From positions 2,272,001-2,336,000 of the forward strand of contig OY760937.1 in assembly GCA_963664225.1 (NCBI GenBank): DNA of 64,000 bases, written 5' to 3'. Below, piece after piece: positions 50,155 through 60,262 of this stretch (position 1 is its first letter; each line of letters begins with the position of its first letter). The position numbers and the translations under genes were made by a program. The stretch is from Verrucomicrobiia bacterium (GTDB lineage: Bacteria; Verrucomicrobiota; Verrucomicrobiia; Limisphaerales; UBA1319). The notes beneath the pieces are model-generated. The model saw nothing but the letters and a program-made list of their open reading frames with translations, had not been told where the DNA came from and did no database searches.

Positions 50155-50170
50155 ATTACAATAATGTAAG
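50155..50170. promoter_or_regulatory. Cop/Cus-box-like inverted repeat upstream of degQ
   Basis: Minus strand CTTACA-TTAT-TGTAAT; a CusR-like regulator lies downstream in the same orientation. Confidence 0.55.
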
Positions 50171-50362
50171 AGAAACAAAAAAATGGCGAAAGAACTGATT
50201 TGCGATGCAATCCATTCATTACCAGAATAATGCATTTGTTTTCACAGGGCATCCAAGGGTTTGGCAACTGAACTAACACCCAAATTAGTGTCCAAAATAG
50301 CTTTACACCCTCCATGGTTGCCCATAAATTGACCTGACGATTAAAGAAGAATGTTAGGGAAT

Positions 50363-50626
50363 ATGGAAGCAAACGCGAAAGCAAAGCAGATTGTAGATTA
50401 TCGGATTCATGAGCGCGACACCGGTTCGGCCGATGTCCAGATAGCGCTGTTGACCCAACGGATCAATCACTTGACCGAGCACCTGCAACAAAATAAGAAA
50501 GATCACGGTTCGCGCCGTGGTCTGATCATGATGGTGGGCCAGCGGCGGAAATTGCTGGATTATCTGCATCGTACCGATGCCCCCCGCTATCATACGATCA
50601 CAAAGAAGTTAAAGCTTCGTAAATAG
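50363..50626 (+). CDS. rpsO: 30S ribosomal protein S15
   Basis: [13 protein letters not shown]...[10 protein letters not shown]. Confidence 0.97.
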   Translation: MEANAKAKQIVDYRIHERDTGSADVQIALLTQRINHLTEHLQQNKKDHGSRRGLIMMVGQRRKLLDYLHRTDAPRYHTITKKLKLRK

Positions 50627-50719
50627 GTTTTCATAAGCCGTCTGTGTGTGCATCTGGATTCTCTCCCGGTGTTGCGGAGACGGTTTTCCTTGTTTTTCTC
50701 TAATCAATGGCCCTGACAG

Positions 50720-50838
50720 GATGCGTGTTGGGTGTAATCCATTATGCGGTTCAAACGCATCAAAACAAGCGAAGGACCACTGACTCGGGGAAATTTCATT
50801 CAGCACCAGCAAAAACCGGTATTGAATGAAGTTCCTCC
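50720..50838 (+). promoter_or_regulatory. Structured pnp leader (two hairpins)
   Basis: GATGCGT...ACGCATC (50720-50761) and GGGGAAATTTCATTCA...TGAATGAAGTTCCTCC (50787-50838). Confidence 0.5.
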
Positions 50839-50869
50839 GCGTTTGTGGCATTAGAAAGAAGAGAATAGT

Positions 50870-53788
50870 ATGATAGCAAGAGCCACGGCCCAAGTTGGAG
50901 GAGGCCAGATATTAATCGAAACCGGCAAAATTGCAAAACAGGCTGACGGTTCCGTCACCGTGCAATTGGGTGAAACCATCGTCATCGTAGCGGCCGTCGC
51001 CGCTGTAAAAGCCAAACCCGGCCAGGAATTTTTCCCCTTAACTGTCGATTACCGCGAAAAAGCGGCCGCAGCAGGCAAATTTCCCGGCGGCTATTTCAAA
51101 CGGGAAGGTCGTCCCACAGAGAAGGAAATTTTAACCTGCCGCCTCATCGACCGTCCGATCCGCCCCCTATTCCCCCATCATTGGTTCAACGAAGTGCAGG
51201 TGCAGAGCATCGTGTTGAGCGCCGATGGCGAGAACGATCCCGATATGCTGGCACTCGTCGGAGCTTCGGCTGCATTGTGCCTGAGCGACATCCCCTGGGC
51301 GGGTCCCCTGGGCAGTGTGCGCGTGGGACGCGTGGGCGGCAATTTCATTGCCTTCCCGACGCATACCCAGATGCTGGAAAGCGATCTGGACCTGGTCTAT
51401 GTGGGCAGCGAAAAAGAAATGCTCATGTTCGAAGGCAGCGCCAAGGAAATTCCTGAAGCGGATTTCAAGGCCGCCCTGCAATTCGCCCAAGAGAGCATCC
51501 AACCCATCATTGCGGCCCAGAAGGAATTGGTCGCCACCGCCGGCAGAGCCAAACGCAAAATCACCCTCACCGGTCCCGGCCAGGAAATGATCAGCGCGGC
51601 CAAAGCATTGGCGGGCGATCGCCTTGTGCCGGCCCTCCTGACCCCGGACAAAATGGAGCGCGAAGACGCTTGTGGGACCCTGGCCACGGAGATTGGCGCG
51701 AAATTGGTTGAGAAATTCGGCGCGGAAAAAGCCACGGACTCCTGCGTTAAAGAGATTTTCTACACCCTCCAGAAGGAAGCGGTTCGGAGCCTTATCCTCC
51801 AGCAGGGCAAACGCCTTGATGGCCGTGGATTTGAAGATATCCGCCCCATCTCGGGCGAAGTGGGCGTGTTCCCCCGGGCTCATGGCTCGGCGGTGTTCAC
51901 GCGCGGTGAAACCCAGGCGGCCACACTAGTCACCCTGGGCACTTCGGAAGACGCCCAGGAATTTGATTCCTACACCGGTGGCGCCACCGAAAAGAAGTTC
52001 ATCCTTCATTATAATTTTCCGAACTTCTCCGTGGGAGAAACCGGACGCATCAGCGGCCCCGGCCGTCGCGAGATCGGCCACGGCGCATTGGCGGAACGCT
52101 CCATCGAACCGATGCTCCCGCTCAAGGAGTTCCCTTATGCGGTGCGTGTGACCTGCGAAATCATGGAGTCCAACGGATCCAGCTCCATGGCCTCCGTTTG
52201 CGGCGGCACGCTGGCTCTTATGGATGCGGGTGTTCCGATGATCCGCCCTGTGGCGGGCATCAGCGTGGGCCTGTGCACCGAATTCGGCGCAGACGACCAG
52301 ATCAAGAAATACGAGCTTTTGACCGACATCATCGGTTGGGAAGACGCTTACTGCGACATGGACTGCAAGATCGCGGGAACCGTCAACGGCATCACCGGCT
52401 TCCAGCTCGACCTCAAGCTTGCGGGTCTCCCGATGGCTTTGATGAGCGAGGCCATTGACAAGGCTTACAAGGCCCGTCTGAACATTCTCGAGACCATGGC
52501 CAAAACCCTGGCCGCGCCCCGTGCCGAACTGAGCAAGTACGCTCCGCGCATCGTGACGGTCAAGATCAACCCCGAGAAGATCGGCGCCCTCATTGGGCCT
52601 GGCGGCAAGAACATCAAGCGCATCGTCGAGGAATCCGGTTGCGAGATCAACATCGAGGACGACGGCACGGTGAATATTTATTCCGTGAGCGAAGCCGGCA
52701 TGGCCAAGGCCCGCCAGGAGATCGAGGGCATGACCGCCCAGATCGAAGTCGGCAAGATCTATCGTGGCCGCGTTGTCACCATCAAGGAATTCGGCTGCTT
52801 TGTCGAAGTGTTCCCGGGCCAGGACGGCCTGGTCCACATCAGCGAGCTGGCCAATTTCCGCGTCAAACAGGCCGAAGACATCGTCAAAATGGGCGATGAA
52901 ATCTGGGTCAAATGCATTGGTGTCGATGAAAAGGGCCGCGTCCGCCTCTCCCGCAAAGCCGCCATGGCCGAGCGTGATCAACTGGCCGGTGAAGAAGCTC
53001 CCAAAGCTCCTGAAGCCGCAGTCGAAGTCGATGTCGAGGCTGATGTTGAAGAAGATCAACCCGAAGAAATCCAGCCGGAACGCCCGGTGGAACGTCTCGA
53101 ACGCCCTGAGCGTGCTGAACGTCTTGAGCGCCCTGAGCGGACCGAACGGCCTGAGCCGCGCGGCGAGCGCTGCCCCGATCGCGCTCCTGAACGCACCGCC
53201 GAGCGTCCCGCACCACGTTCTTCTGAGCGCGCCCCTGAGCGTCGTGGAGATCGCGGCGAACGCCGTTTCGATCGCGCCCCTGAACGGGGTTCCGGTCGTG
53301 GTTCCGAGCGTTTTTCGGATCGCGCCCCTGAACGGGGTTCAGACCGTACTGAACGTTCCCCTGAACGCGGAAGCGAACGGGCTCCTGAACGGTCTTTCGA
53401 TCGCGCCCCCGAACGTGGCAATGAGCGCCTCCCTGAACGCGCCCCTGAGCGCCGTGGTGAAAGGTCTTCGGATCGCGACTCCGGTCGTGGTTATTCGGAT
53501 CGTCCTGAACGCGGCAACGAACGGTATCCTGAGCGCAGTTCCGACCGTCCAGAACGGGGCAATGAACGCCTCCCTGAACGCGCCCCCGAGCGCGCTCCCG
53601 AGCGCCGTGGCGAAAGGTCCTCGGATCGCGACTCCGGTCGTGGTTATTCCCGCGGCTCCGATCGCTTTGCCGATCGTGGTGGCGAACGCAACCCGGATCG
53701 CGCACCCGAACGGAGTTCGGACCGCCCCGAGCGTGGTAACGAACGCAACCCGGATCGGGATTCAGGTCGCGACAGCGATCTGAGATAA
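50870..53788 (+). CDS. pnp: Polyribonucleotide nucleotidyltransferase with an approximately 270-aa low-complexity C-terminal extension
   Basis: [17 protein letters not shown] and [12 protein letters not shown] (LIGPGGKNI) and S1 (DGLVHISEL); follows rpsO. Confidence 0.96.
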   Translation: MIARATAQVGGGQILIETGKIAKQADGSVTVQLGETIVIVAAVAAVKAKPGQEFFPLTVDYREKAAAAGKFPGGYFKREGRPTEKEILTCRLIDRPIRPLFPHHWFNEVQVQSIVLSADGENDPDMLALVGASAALCLSDIPWAGPLGSVRVGRVGGNFIAFPTHTQMLESDLDLVYVGSEKEMLMFEGSAKEIPEADFKAALQFAQESIQPIIAAQKELVATAGRAKRKITLTGPGQEMISAAKALAGDRLVPALLTPDKMEREDACGTLATEIGAKLVEKFGAEKATDSCVKEIFYTLQKEAVRSLILQQGKRLDGRGFEDIRPISGEVGVFPRAHGSAVFTRGETQAATLVTLGTSEDAQEFDSYTGGATEKKFILHYNFPNFSVGETGRISGPGRREIGHGALAERSIEPMLPLKEFPYAVRVTCEIMESNGSSSMASVCGGTLALMDAGVPMIRPVAGISVGLCTEFGADDQIKKYELLTDIIGWEDAYCDMDCKIAGTVNGITGFQLDLKLAGLPMALMSEAIDKAYKARLNILETMAKTLAAPRAELSKYAPRIVTVKINPEKIGALIGPGGKNIKRIVEESGCEINIEDDGTVNIYSVSEAGMAKARQEIEGMTAQIEVGKIYRGRVVTIKEFGCFVEVFPGQDGLVHISELANFRVKQAEDIVKMGDEIWVKCIGVDEKGRVRLSRKAAMAERDQLAGEEAPKAPEAAVEVDVEADVEEDQPEEIQPERPVERLERPERAERLERPERTERPEPRGERCPDRAPERTAERPAPRSSERAPERRGDRGERRFDRAPERGSGRGSERFSDRAPERGSDRTERSPERGSERAPERSFDRAPERGNERLPERAPERRGERSSDRDSGRGYSDRPERGNERYPERSSDRPERGNERLPERAPERAPERRGERSSDRDSGRGYSRGSDRFADRGGERNPDRAPERSSDRPERGNERNPDRDSGRDSDLR

Positions 53789-53808
53789 TTGCGCTGAGAA
53801 AGCACTTG

Positions 53809-53838
53809 AAGGCGGACTGGAAACAGTCCGCCTTTTTT
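53809..53838 (+). terminator. Rho-independent terminator after pnp
   Basis: AAGGCGGACTG-GAAA-CAGTCCGCCTT followed by a T run. Confidence 0.9.
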
Positions 53839-53859
53839 ATTGGATTGGGTCGTGGAATG

Positions 53860-55215
53860 TCACTTAGCTGGCGAACTGGATTGGGCCGCTTTGGAAGGAG
53901 GCTCTGAAATGGTCAGGGCCAGCAGTCCCATGGCGAGCAGTGCGCCGCCGAGCATCATGAGCGCCGCCAGGTTGCTACCGGTATGGTCCTTGATGATGCC
54001 GACCAGGTAGGGTCCGGCAAAACCACCGAGGTTTCCGACTGAATTAATAAGGGCGATGCCCCCCGCTGCCGCCGTTCCACTCAGAAAAGTCGTTCCAAGA
54101 GCCCAGAACGGGCCGAGGGTGGATTTTAGTCCGACGAACGCCAGGATGAGTGCCGCCATGGACAGCCAGGGATTGTGCAGCCAGCCGCTGAGGGCAAAAC
54201 CCGCTGCGGAAGTCATTGCGCCCAAAGCCACTGGCCATCGCCGGTGCCCGGTTCGATCGGAGTAGCGCCCCATGGCGAGCATGGCCACGGCAGCGGCGAG
54301 GTAAGGAACGGCGTTGAGAAAACCAACCACAGCGTCGCTGGTACCGGACAACTCTTTGACGATGGTGGGCAGCCACATTTCATAGCCGTAGCCCCCCACG
54401 TTGAGCAGAAAGTAGAGCAGGCAGAACAGCCATACGCGTCCGCTGGTAAAGGCATCGGTAAGGCGATGGCGTTGAGACTGTTCCGAGCTTGCGGCGTCTT
54501 CGGCAATCCGATGCTCAACCCACTGTTTTTCCCTGTCCGTAAGCCACCGGGCCTGACGGGGGCCGTTGGGCAGGTAAATTAAAACGATCACGCCCAAAAG
54601 CACGGCTGGAATCCCCTCGATCACGAACAGCCATTGCCAGCCCGCCATGCCGCCTAATCCGTTCATGCCCAGGATCATTCCGGAGATGGGGGATCCGATA
54701 ATGCCGGCGATCACTCCGCCGGTGGCAAAAAAAGCAACGGTTCGGGCTCGTTCCCGCGCGGGAAACCAGAATGTCAGATAGAGGATCACGCCTGGGAAGA
54801 AGCCCGCTTCCGCAGCGCCAAGCAGGAACCGCGCACAATAAAACGCAGTGGCGCTCTTGATAAAGATCATCCCCATGGAAACAAGCCCCCAGAGGGCCAT
54901 GATGCGGGCGATCCATATCCGCGCACCGACGCGGTGAAGTACTAGATTACTAGGGACTTCGCAAAGGAAGTAGCCGATGAAGAACAGACCGGCTCCAAGG
55001 CCGTAAACGCGGCCAAAAACCGCCGGATCGACGCCCAGAACCTGTTGCAGGTGAAGCTTGGCGAATCCAACGTTAATGCGATCAATATAGGCGATGATAT
55101 AGCAGACGAACAGAAGCGGGAGGAGATGCCAGGTGATTTTGGAAAGAAGGGCGCGCTGTTCATCGGGACTGATCTCATCGCGCCGAATGTCCCCACTATG
55201 CGTTTGTGTCTGCAT
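53860..55215 (-). CDS. MFS transporter (anion:cation symporter / TtuB-like)
   Basis: AYIDRINVGFA, EVPSN, RFLLGAAEAGFFPG and INSVGNLGGF. Confidence 0.92.
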   Translation of the reverse strand: MQTQTHSGDIRRDEISPDEQRALLSKITWHLLPLLFVCYIIAYIDRINVGFAKLHLQQVLGVDPAVFGRVYGLGAGLFFIGYFLCEVPSNLVLHRVGARIWIARIMALWGLVSMGMIFIKSATAFYCARFLLGAAEAGFFPGVILYLTFWFPARERARTVAFFATGGVIAGIIGSPISGMILGMNGLGGMAGWQWLFVIEGIPAVLLGVIVLIYLPNGPRQARWLTDREKQWVEHRIAEDAASSEQSQRHRLTDAFTSGRVWLFCLLYFLLNVGGYGYEMWLPTIVKELSGTSDAVVGFLNAVPYLAAAVAMLAMGRYSDRTGHRRWPVALGAMTSAAGFALSGWLHNPWLSMAALILAFVGLKSTLGPFWALGTTFLSGTAAAGGIALINSVGNLGGFAGPYLVGIIKDHTGSNLAALMMLGGALLAMGLLALTISEPPSKAAQSSSPAK

Positions 55216-55321
55216 GAATGTCGTGAGCTGAGTTCGATGCAGTCTGACAGGTTCGACCGCCGGGTGCAAGCCCGGGAACCCGAACGCAAAATCGCGCGAT
55301 CCGGTTTGGCGCGAGGGAAGT

Positions 55322-55786
55322 TTAGATCCCTTCGCCGCCGGTGAATTCGGCGGAGAATATCTCTTCTTTTGACACGGGCACGCCCTTGAAAACCTGGCCC
55401 AAGGTGGCCGAATCCATCAGGCGCGTGACGTAGTTGCGGGCGTCATAGAAGACGCGGCGGAAGCGGCAGACCGGCTCCTGGGTGCAACGGGCGTAACCGG
55501 AGACGGATACGCAGTCGATGGGGGCGAGAATGCCGTCGAAGAACCGAACGACTTCGCCCATGGTGATCTGGTCCGGTTTTTTGGCGAGGACGTAGCCGCC
55601 GCGGATGCCGGCCACGCTTTCGACCCAGCCCTTGCTTTTGAGGTCGAGCATGATGTGTTCGAGGAACCGCTTGGGGACGTCGTTGCGGCGGGCCAGTTCA
55701 CGAATGGGGATGGGCGCACGCCCGTGGTATTCCACCAGAGTCATCAAGGCCCGCAAGGCGTAGTCGGTTTTTTTCGAAATTCTCAT
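55322..55786 (-). CDS. Rrf2 family transcriptional regulator
   Basis: KKTDYALRAL, GIRGGYVLA and three Cys (CVS..C....C) that could bind Fe-S. Confidence 0.92.
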   Translation of the reverse strand: MRISKKTDYALRALMTLVEYHGRAPIPIRELARRNDVPKRFLEHIMLDLKSKGWVESVAGIRGGYVLAKKPDQITMGEVVRFFDGILAPIDCVSVSGYARCTQEPVCRFRRVFYDARNYVTRLMDSATLGQVFKGVPVSKEEIFSAEFTGGEGI

Positions 55787-55834
55787 ACCACGAATCACGA
55801 TAATACAAGGCGTGTTTAACGCAATGGCGGAAAT

Positions 55835-55867
55835 AAAAATGCCGCCGGGTTTTCACCTCGGCGGCAT
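55835..55867 (-). terminator. Intrinsic terminator after the DUF1080 gene
   Basis: ATGCCGCCG...CGGCGGCAT stem with a minus-strand T run. Confidence 0.75.
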
Positions 55868-55934
55868 GGAAAAACGAGCGTTCAACCGGTTGACCACGGG
55901 TTGACCGTAGTGACCGCAGTTGACCGCAGGGATG

Positions 55935-57266
55935 TCAGAGCGGCTTGATGCGGATGTTGCGGAACATCACCGGGTCGTTGTGGCCGGCGAATCCGAAGAA
56001 TCCCGATTTGCGGTCTTTTCCAGGGTGAGGGCTGTTGGCCATGAACTGGGTGATCTTGCTCACGTCGGCATTGTTGATGGTGGTGCCATTGAGTTCGACC
56101 TTGATGGTGGAGCCTTTGACGGTGACCTGGTAGTAATTCCACTCGCCCACGGGACGGAGGTGTCCGCGAACGGCCGGGGACTGGCCATAGATGGAACCAC
56201 AGTATTGGCGCGGATCCAGATCCTTGTATTGGGCCGAGGTATCGTCGAGGACCTGAATTTCGCACATGCCGGCATAGGCGGTGTCGCCCTGGCCGTTATA
56301 GCGAATGGCCAGGCCGTTGTTGCCGCCCGGGGGCAGTTTGAATTCCAGGCGCACGATGAAGTCGCTGAAATCCTGGTTGTAATAGATGGTGCCGCCTTTG
56401 CCCGCCTTGCATTGGATGGCGCCGGCATTGACCTCATACTCGCTGATGGGACCGGCCCAACCGGTGAAGTCCTTACCGTTGAATATGGGAATGAAGCCGG
56501 GTTCGGCGAGCATTTGATTGGCTTCGACGGTGGGAATCTCGCGGATGAAGAGGTTGCGCCAGCGGATTTCGCCGCCGTGGGTCTGTAATTGGATGAAGCC
56601 GCCGGCCCAGAGTGGCGTGGAGCGGTCCCAGAAATTCTCCATGGTGGCGTGATCGACGACGAGTTTGTCGTTCAGATAAACGGTGGTTTTATCGCCGACC
56701 TGGAGAATGCGCAGATGATTCCATTCGCCGAACGGCTTGTCGGCGAGTACGAGGGGATCCTTGCCCGGCGCGCCGGGGCTGTTGTTCCAGAGACCGCCGG
56801 AGCCCTTGTCCGCGCCGATGTTCCATTTGCCGCCCGCCTCGGTGTAATCCCAGATCTGGACCTGGGGATTGCCGCGCAGATAAACGCCGCTGTCGGCCCC
56901 GGCCACGGTTTTGTAATCGATTAATAACTCGATATCGCCATACGATTTGTCCGTGGTGGCGTAGGGACCTTCGCCATCGTTGATCAGTTCGGCGTTTTCC
57001 ACGCGCCAATGTTTGGTGAACTCAGGCTTGTTGGCCTCAAACTTGGCGGTGCGCTGTTCGGGGGTCATGGCCTCGATCTGCCGGGGATCGAAGTGCTCCA
57101 GACCGCGCCATCCGGTGAGGTCTTTGCCGTTGAATAGTGCGGTGAATCCCGGCGGCGGGGTGACTGTTTGCGCGCTGGCGAGGGAACCGCACAGCAAGGC
57201 TGCGGACATGAAGCCCGCGAATAATGCGGGCCGGAAAAAGGCCCTTTGGAGGTCGTTGGTTTTCAT
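55935..57266 (-). CDS. Tandem DUF1080 (3-keto-disaccharide hydrolase-like) secreted protein
   Basis: Two LFNGKDLTGW / IFNGKDFTGW domains, GEWN, FRNIRIK and a signal peptide. Confidence 0.9.
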   Translation of the reverse strand: MKTNDLQRAFFRPALFAGFMSAALLCGSLASAQTVTPPPGFTALFNGKDLTGWRGLEHFDPRQIEAMTPEQRTAKFEANKPEFTKHWRVENAELINDGEGPYATTDKSYGDIELLIDYKTVAGADSGVYLRGNPQVQIWDYTEAGGKWNIGADKGSGGLWNNSPGAPGKDPLVLADKPFGEWNHLRILQVGDKTTVYLNDKLVVDHATMENFWDRSTPLWAGGFIQLQTHGGEIRWRNLFIREIPTVEANQMLAEPGFIPIFNGKDFTGWAGPISEYEVNAGAIQCKAGKGGTIYYNQDFSDFIVRLEFKLPPGGNNGLAIRYNGQGDTAYAGMCEIQVLDDTSAQYKDLDPRQYCGSIYGQSPAVRGHLRPVGEWNYYQVTVKGSTIKVELNGTTINNADVSKITQFMANSPHPGKDRKSGFFGFAGHNDPVMFRNIRIKPL

Positions 57267-57334
57267 AATTGTTGAGAGGTTTAATTAGCTCAGATCATGC
57301 ACGGGGTCAACCGAAAGGAATTTGTGTTAAGGAA

Positions 57335-57489
57335 TTAACCACAAAGGCACTGGGAAAGTGACGGGGGTTGGATGAAGAGTGGAAATCTTAACCGGATGGA
57401 ACGGGTGGAATATTTAACCGGAAAGAAAGGGTTTAAAAAATAGCCGCCCGGAGAAAATAACCGCAAATAAAGGGTAGAATATTTAACCG
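57335..57489. repeat. Cluster of degenerate short repeats (TTAACC[G/A] units) flanking the intron
   Basis: GAATATTTAACCG at 57408 and 57477; related units at 57335, about 57382 and about 57457. Confidence 0.55.
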
Positions 57490-59456
57490 GTAGAGTAGAG
57501 AGGAGAGCACGGGATGAAAGGCGCAAAGGCCAATGACCGCCGCTCACCTCTCCCTCGTCAAACCGGACATGCAGATTTCCCACATCCGGCTTTCGCCAGA
57601 GTCGTCTTTTCCAGATTGCATTCACAATGCCTTCAGACCCAGTGTTTCGAGATGGGCATAGAGCGTGACTCCCTGACGGACGCGCCAGCCCCGCTGGCTT
57701 CGTCGTCGCAGGTGTTTGCCCAGCCGCACTCTCACGAAGTGGTTGATCTGGCGAAAGGCCCGTCGGGGTTGTCCGAGGTTGAAGTAGTTGCTCCAACCCC
57801 GCAAATGACGGTTGATCCGCCCGATCAACTCCGGCAGCGGCGTATGACTTTGCCCGGCATTGATCAGCAGTCGCAACGCCTGCCTCTCCCGTTCCATCGC
57901 CTTGCCCGAAGGACACAGGTTGAGGTAGTGAAACGCCCTGCCGAATTGATCCCGGTCATACCGGAAGGTGTAGCCCAGAAAGTCCAGGCTTTGCTCGTTG
58001 ACGTTGACCACCCGGGTTTTGTCCCGGTTGATTTCCAGTGTGAGCCAGCCCTCCAGCTTTTCCTCAATCCATGCTCGCAGCTTGGGACCCATATACCGGG
58101 CCATGACCACAAAGTCGTCCGCATAGCGAACGAGCCGGGCATCCGCCCAGTGCGCCGGTCCATCCGCCCTTTGGAACAGGTGGTCGAACCAGTGCAGGTA
58201 TATGTTGGCCAGTAACGGAGAGAGGACTCCGCCTTGCGGCGTGCCCCGATCCCGGCGGTTGACCCGAGGCGGTTCCTCTCCTTGGGGAGGTTCCACCACG
58301 GGGGCCGCCAGCCATTGCCGGATGAGTCCCAAAACCGCGCCGTCCACCACGCGCATCCGCACGCAAGCCAGAAGCTTGTCGTGAGGGATGCTGTCGAAGT
58401 ATCCGGACAGGTCCGCGTCATACACTGCGTTCTTCCCCTCCTTCAGGTGTTTTTGGAGGGTTTGCAATGCGTCGTGCGCCGACCGTCCGGGCCGAAACCC
58501 GTAGGAACAATCCTCAAAGTCCGCTTCGAAGATGGGCTCCAGAATCAGCAATACCGCCGCTTGCACCACCCGGTCCTTCACCGTCGGGATTCCCAGTGGC
58601 CGCAGTTTTCCGTTTGCCTTCGGTATATAGACCCGCCGCACCGGTTGGGCGCGGTAGGTCTTGTCCCGCAGGCTCTGCCTGATCGTTCCCAGAAACGCCG
58701 CTTCACTTTCAGGTGTCGCGGTGATCTGGTCGATGCTCACTCCGTCCACGCCCGGTGCCCCGCCATTGCGCCGCACCGCAGCCCATGCCGCTTGCAGCAC
58801 CTCCGGCAGGAACACCAGTCCGTAGAGGCTGTAGAAGCGGAATCGCTTCTCTTGTTTGGCTTTCCGGCCCAGCTTCTGTCTCAGTTCCTGAAGTTTGGGC
58901 GGCAGGATCGCTTCCCGAAAGGAAAGTTCCTCCACCGCTTGTTCTGTCGTGGAAGTTTTCACTTCAATCAGCTCCAGTTCCCTCTGACTCGGCTTGACTC
59001 TGGCCAGGGCTCCTTGGCTCCATCCCGGCTTGACCGGGATTTCGCAGCTACTATGAGCCCGTCCGACTCCCTGATCCTGAGCGCCCGCCGGTTATGGCTT
59101 CCCGACGTGCGTTCCCCGGTCTCGGGACCGAGGTTCAGGCAGGGTCTCCCAAGTTCCTGATGGTTGTTTGGGTACGCGCTGTCTCCTCTGACCCCGGGGA
59201 GCTTGAAGGGTGCTTCTGGTCGAATCTTCCCCTCCAATGCTGGCTTCACCTTCTCTGACAGGCTGGCCACTCCCGCTTTAGAGTAACGAGGCTGAATCGA
59301 GTTCGCAGACGCTACGGCTCGCACCTTTGCCTTGCCCAGCTTGAACGCGGCGGGTCGCCCCACCACGCTTTGGACGCGGCTACATGACTCTCGACCTGTT
59401 ATCATGATCAACTCGTTGCATTTGACTACAGCCACCAAACTTTGCTTGGCGCTTTC
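57490..59456 (-). mobile_element. Group II intron with RT/maturase ORF
   Basis: Domain V AAGCCGGATGTGGGAAATCTGCATGTCCGGTTTG, domain VI with bulged A and a 3' end of CTACTCTAC. The 5' boundary is inferred from EBS1 CAGAGA (59257-59252) pairing with exon TCTTTG. Confidence 0.88.
57622..58962 (-). CDS. ltrA: Group II intron reverse transcriptase/maturase, no endonuclease domain
   Basis: [50 protein letters not shown] and X domain LRGWSNYF. Confidence 0.95.
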   Translation of the reverse strand: MKTSTTEQAVEELSFREAILPPKLQELRQKLGRKAKQEKRFRFYSLYGLVFLPEVLQAAWAAVRRNGGAPGVDGVSIDQITATPESEAAFLGTIRQSLRDKTYRAQPVRRVYIPKANGKLRPLGIPTVKDRVVQAAVLLILEPIFEADFEDCSYGFRPGRSAHDALQTLQKHLKEGKNAVYDADLSGYFDSIPHDKLLACVRMRVVDGAVLGLIRQWLAAPVVEPPQGEEPPRVNRRDRGTPQGGVLSPLLANIYLHWFDHLFQRADGPAHWADARLVRYADDFVVMARYMGPKLRAWIEEKLEGWLTLEINRDKTRVVNVNEQSLDFLGYTFRYDRDQFGRAFHYLNLCPSGKAMERERQALRLLINAGQSHTPLPELIGRINRHLRGWSNYFNLGQPRRAFRQINHFVRVRLGKHLRRRSQRGWRVRQGVTLYAHLETLGLKAL

Positions 59457-59536
59457 CAAAGAACTCAAAGATCACATAGAAAGAAGGGAGCGAAGGGAAA
59501 CCAACATGGATGGGAAGGATGGACAGGAATTTTCGG

Positions 59537-59980
59537 TCACAATGGCTTGCCGCATTGCTGGCAGAATTTGGAGTCTTCTTCGTTGAGTTTGCCGCAGCTC
59601 GGGCACTTGATCATGATGACTTTTTCGGATTTGCCGCCGAGGCTGATCTGGGCCTCGTCCAGGACGTCTTTGATCATGCCCCCGGCCATGCGGCTGTAGG
59701 GCTCAAGGTCCTCACGCGCCTTGTCGGGGTCCAGAACAATGCCTGAACCGGCCAGGCCGCGCGCGCCAATGCCCCTGATGATTCCGCCGACAATCAAGAG
59801 GCCCATGCCTCCAAAGGCCCGGAACATCATGGATTTTGCGTTGGATTCGAAGTTTGAGAAGTCTCCAAAGTGCAATGCAAAGGAGATAAATACCGAGGCG
59901 AACAGAAGCCCTCCAATGACCATCACGGCTGTGCCGAGGTAGTATGCGGTCTTTCGTTCGTCTGAAATGGGCTGTTTCAT
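59537..59980 (-). CDS. Membrane protein with C-terminal zinc ribbon
   Basis: Two TM helices and CPSCG...SKFCQQCG. Confidence 0.85.
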   Translation of the reverse strand: MKQPISDERKTAYYLGTAVMVIGGLLFASVFISFALHFGDFSNFESNAKSMMFRAFGGMGLLIVGGIIRGIGARGLAGSGIVLDPDKAREDLEPYSRMAGGMIKDVLDEAQISLGGKSEKVIMIKCPSCGKLNEEDSKFCQQCGKPL

Positions 59981-60088
59981 GTTATGTCCGGTTCGGCTGA
60001 GTATGAAATCATTTCCGCGTCCCAGTATTATACCGGCTTTGACTGGATGCCACTATAATTGCCGGTCGGTTTTGGAGGGAGAGAGGAG

Positions 60089-60147
60089 GGCTCGGCAGGA
60101 ACGTGGCCCTGACGGCGAAGATGGCTCGGCGGGAGCCTCGCCCTACC
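60089..60147. repeat. Two REP-like units (GGCTCGGCGGGAGCCTCGCCCTACC and a degenerate copy)
   Basis: 60123-60147 and 60089-60113 share GGCTCGGC.GGA.C..GCCCT. Confidence 0.55.
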
Positions 60148-60227
60148 AATGATCCTTGCTGGCGTCACAGAGGGTTATGGGGCGCGTTGATCCAAAAATA
60201 TCACTGGACCCGTATGGCATTCGTTTT

Positions 60228-60254
60228 GCAGATTGGAAATCTGCGGTACGGCAG
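60228..60254. repeat. Left part of the REP-like palindrome interrupted by IS110
   Basis: GCAGATTGGAAATCTGCGGTACGGCAG matches 61641-61667 with one mismatch and continues at 61452. Confidence 0.8.
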
Positions 60255-60262
60255 CAACGGTG

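Noticed and set aside
52764..53783. Long alternative-frame and antisense ORFs over the pnp tail
   Set aside because: Expected from GC-rich repetitive coding sequence; the pnp frame is continuous to 53788.
57335..57916. 193-aa minus-strand ORF containing RKPDVGNLHVRFDEG
   Set aside because: It is a translation of intron domains V/VI and an alternative frame of the RT gene, a common annotation artefact.
57622..58962. RT as part of a DGR, retron or defence system
   Set aside because: YADD, the X domain and flanking domain V/VI structures identify a group II intron; no template/variable repeat pair was seen.
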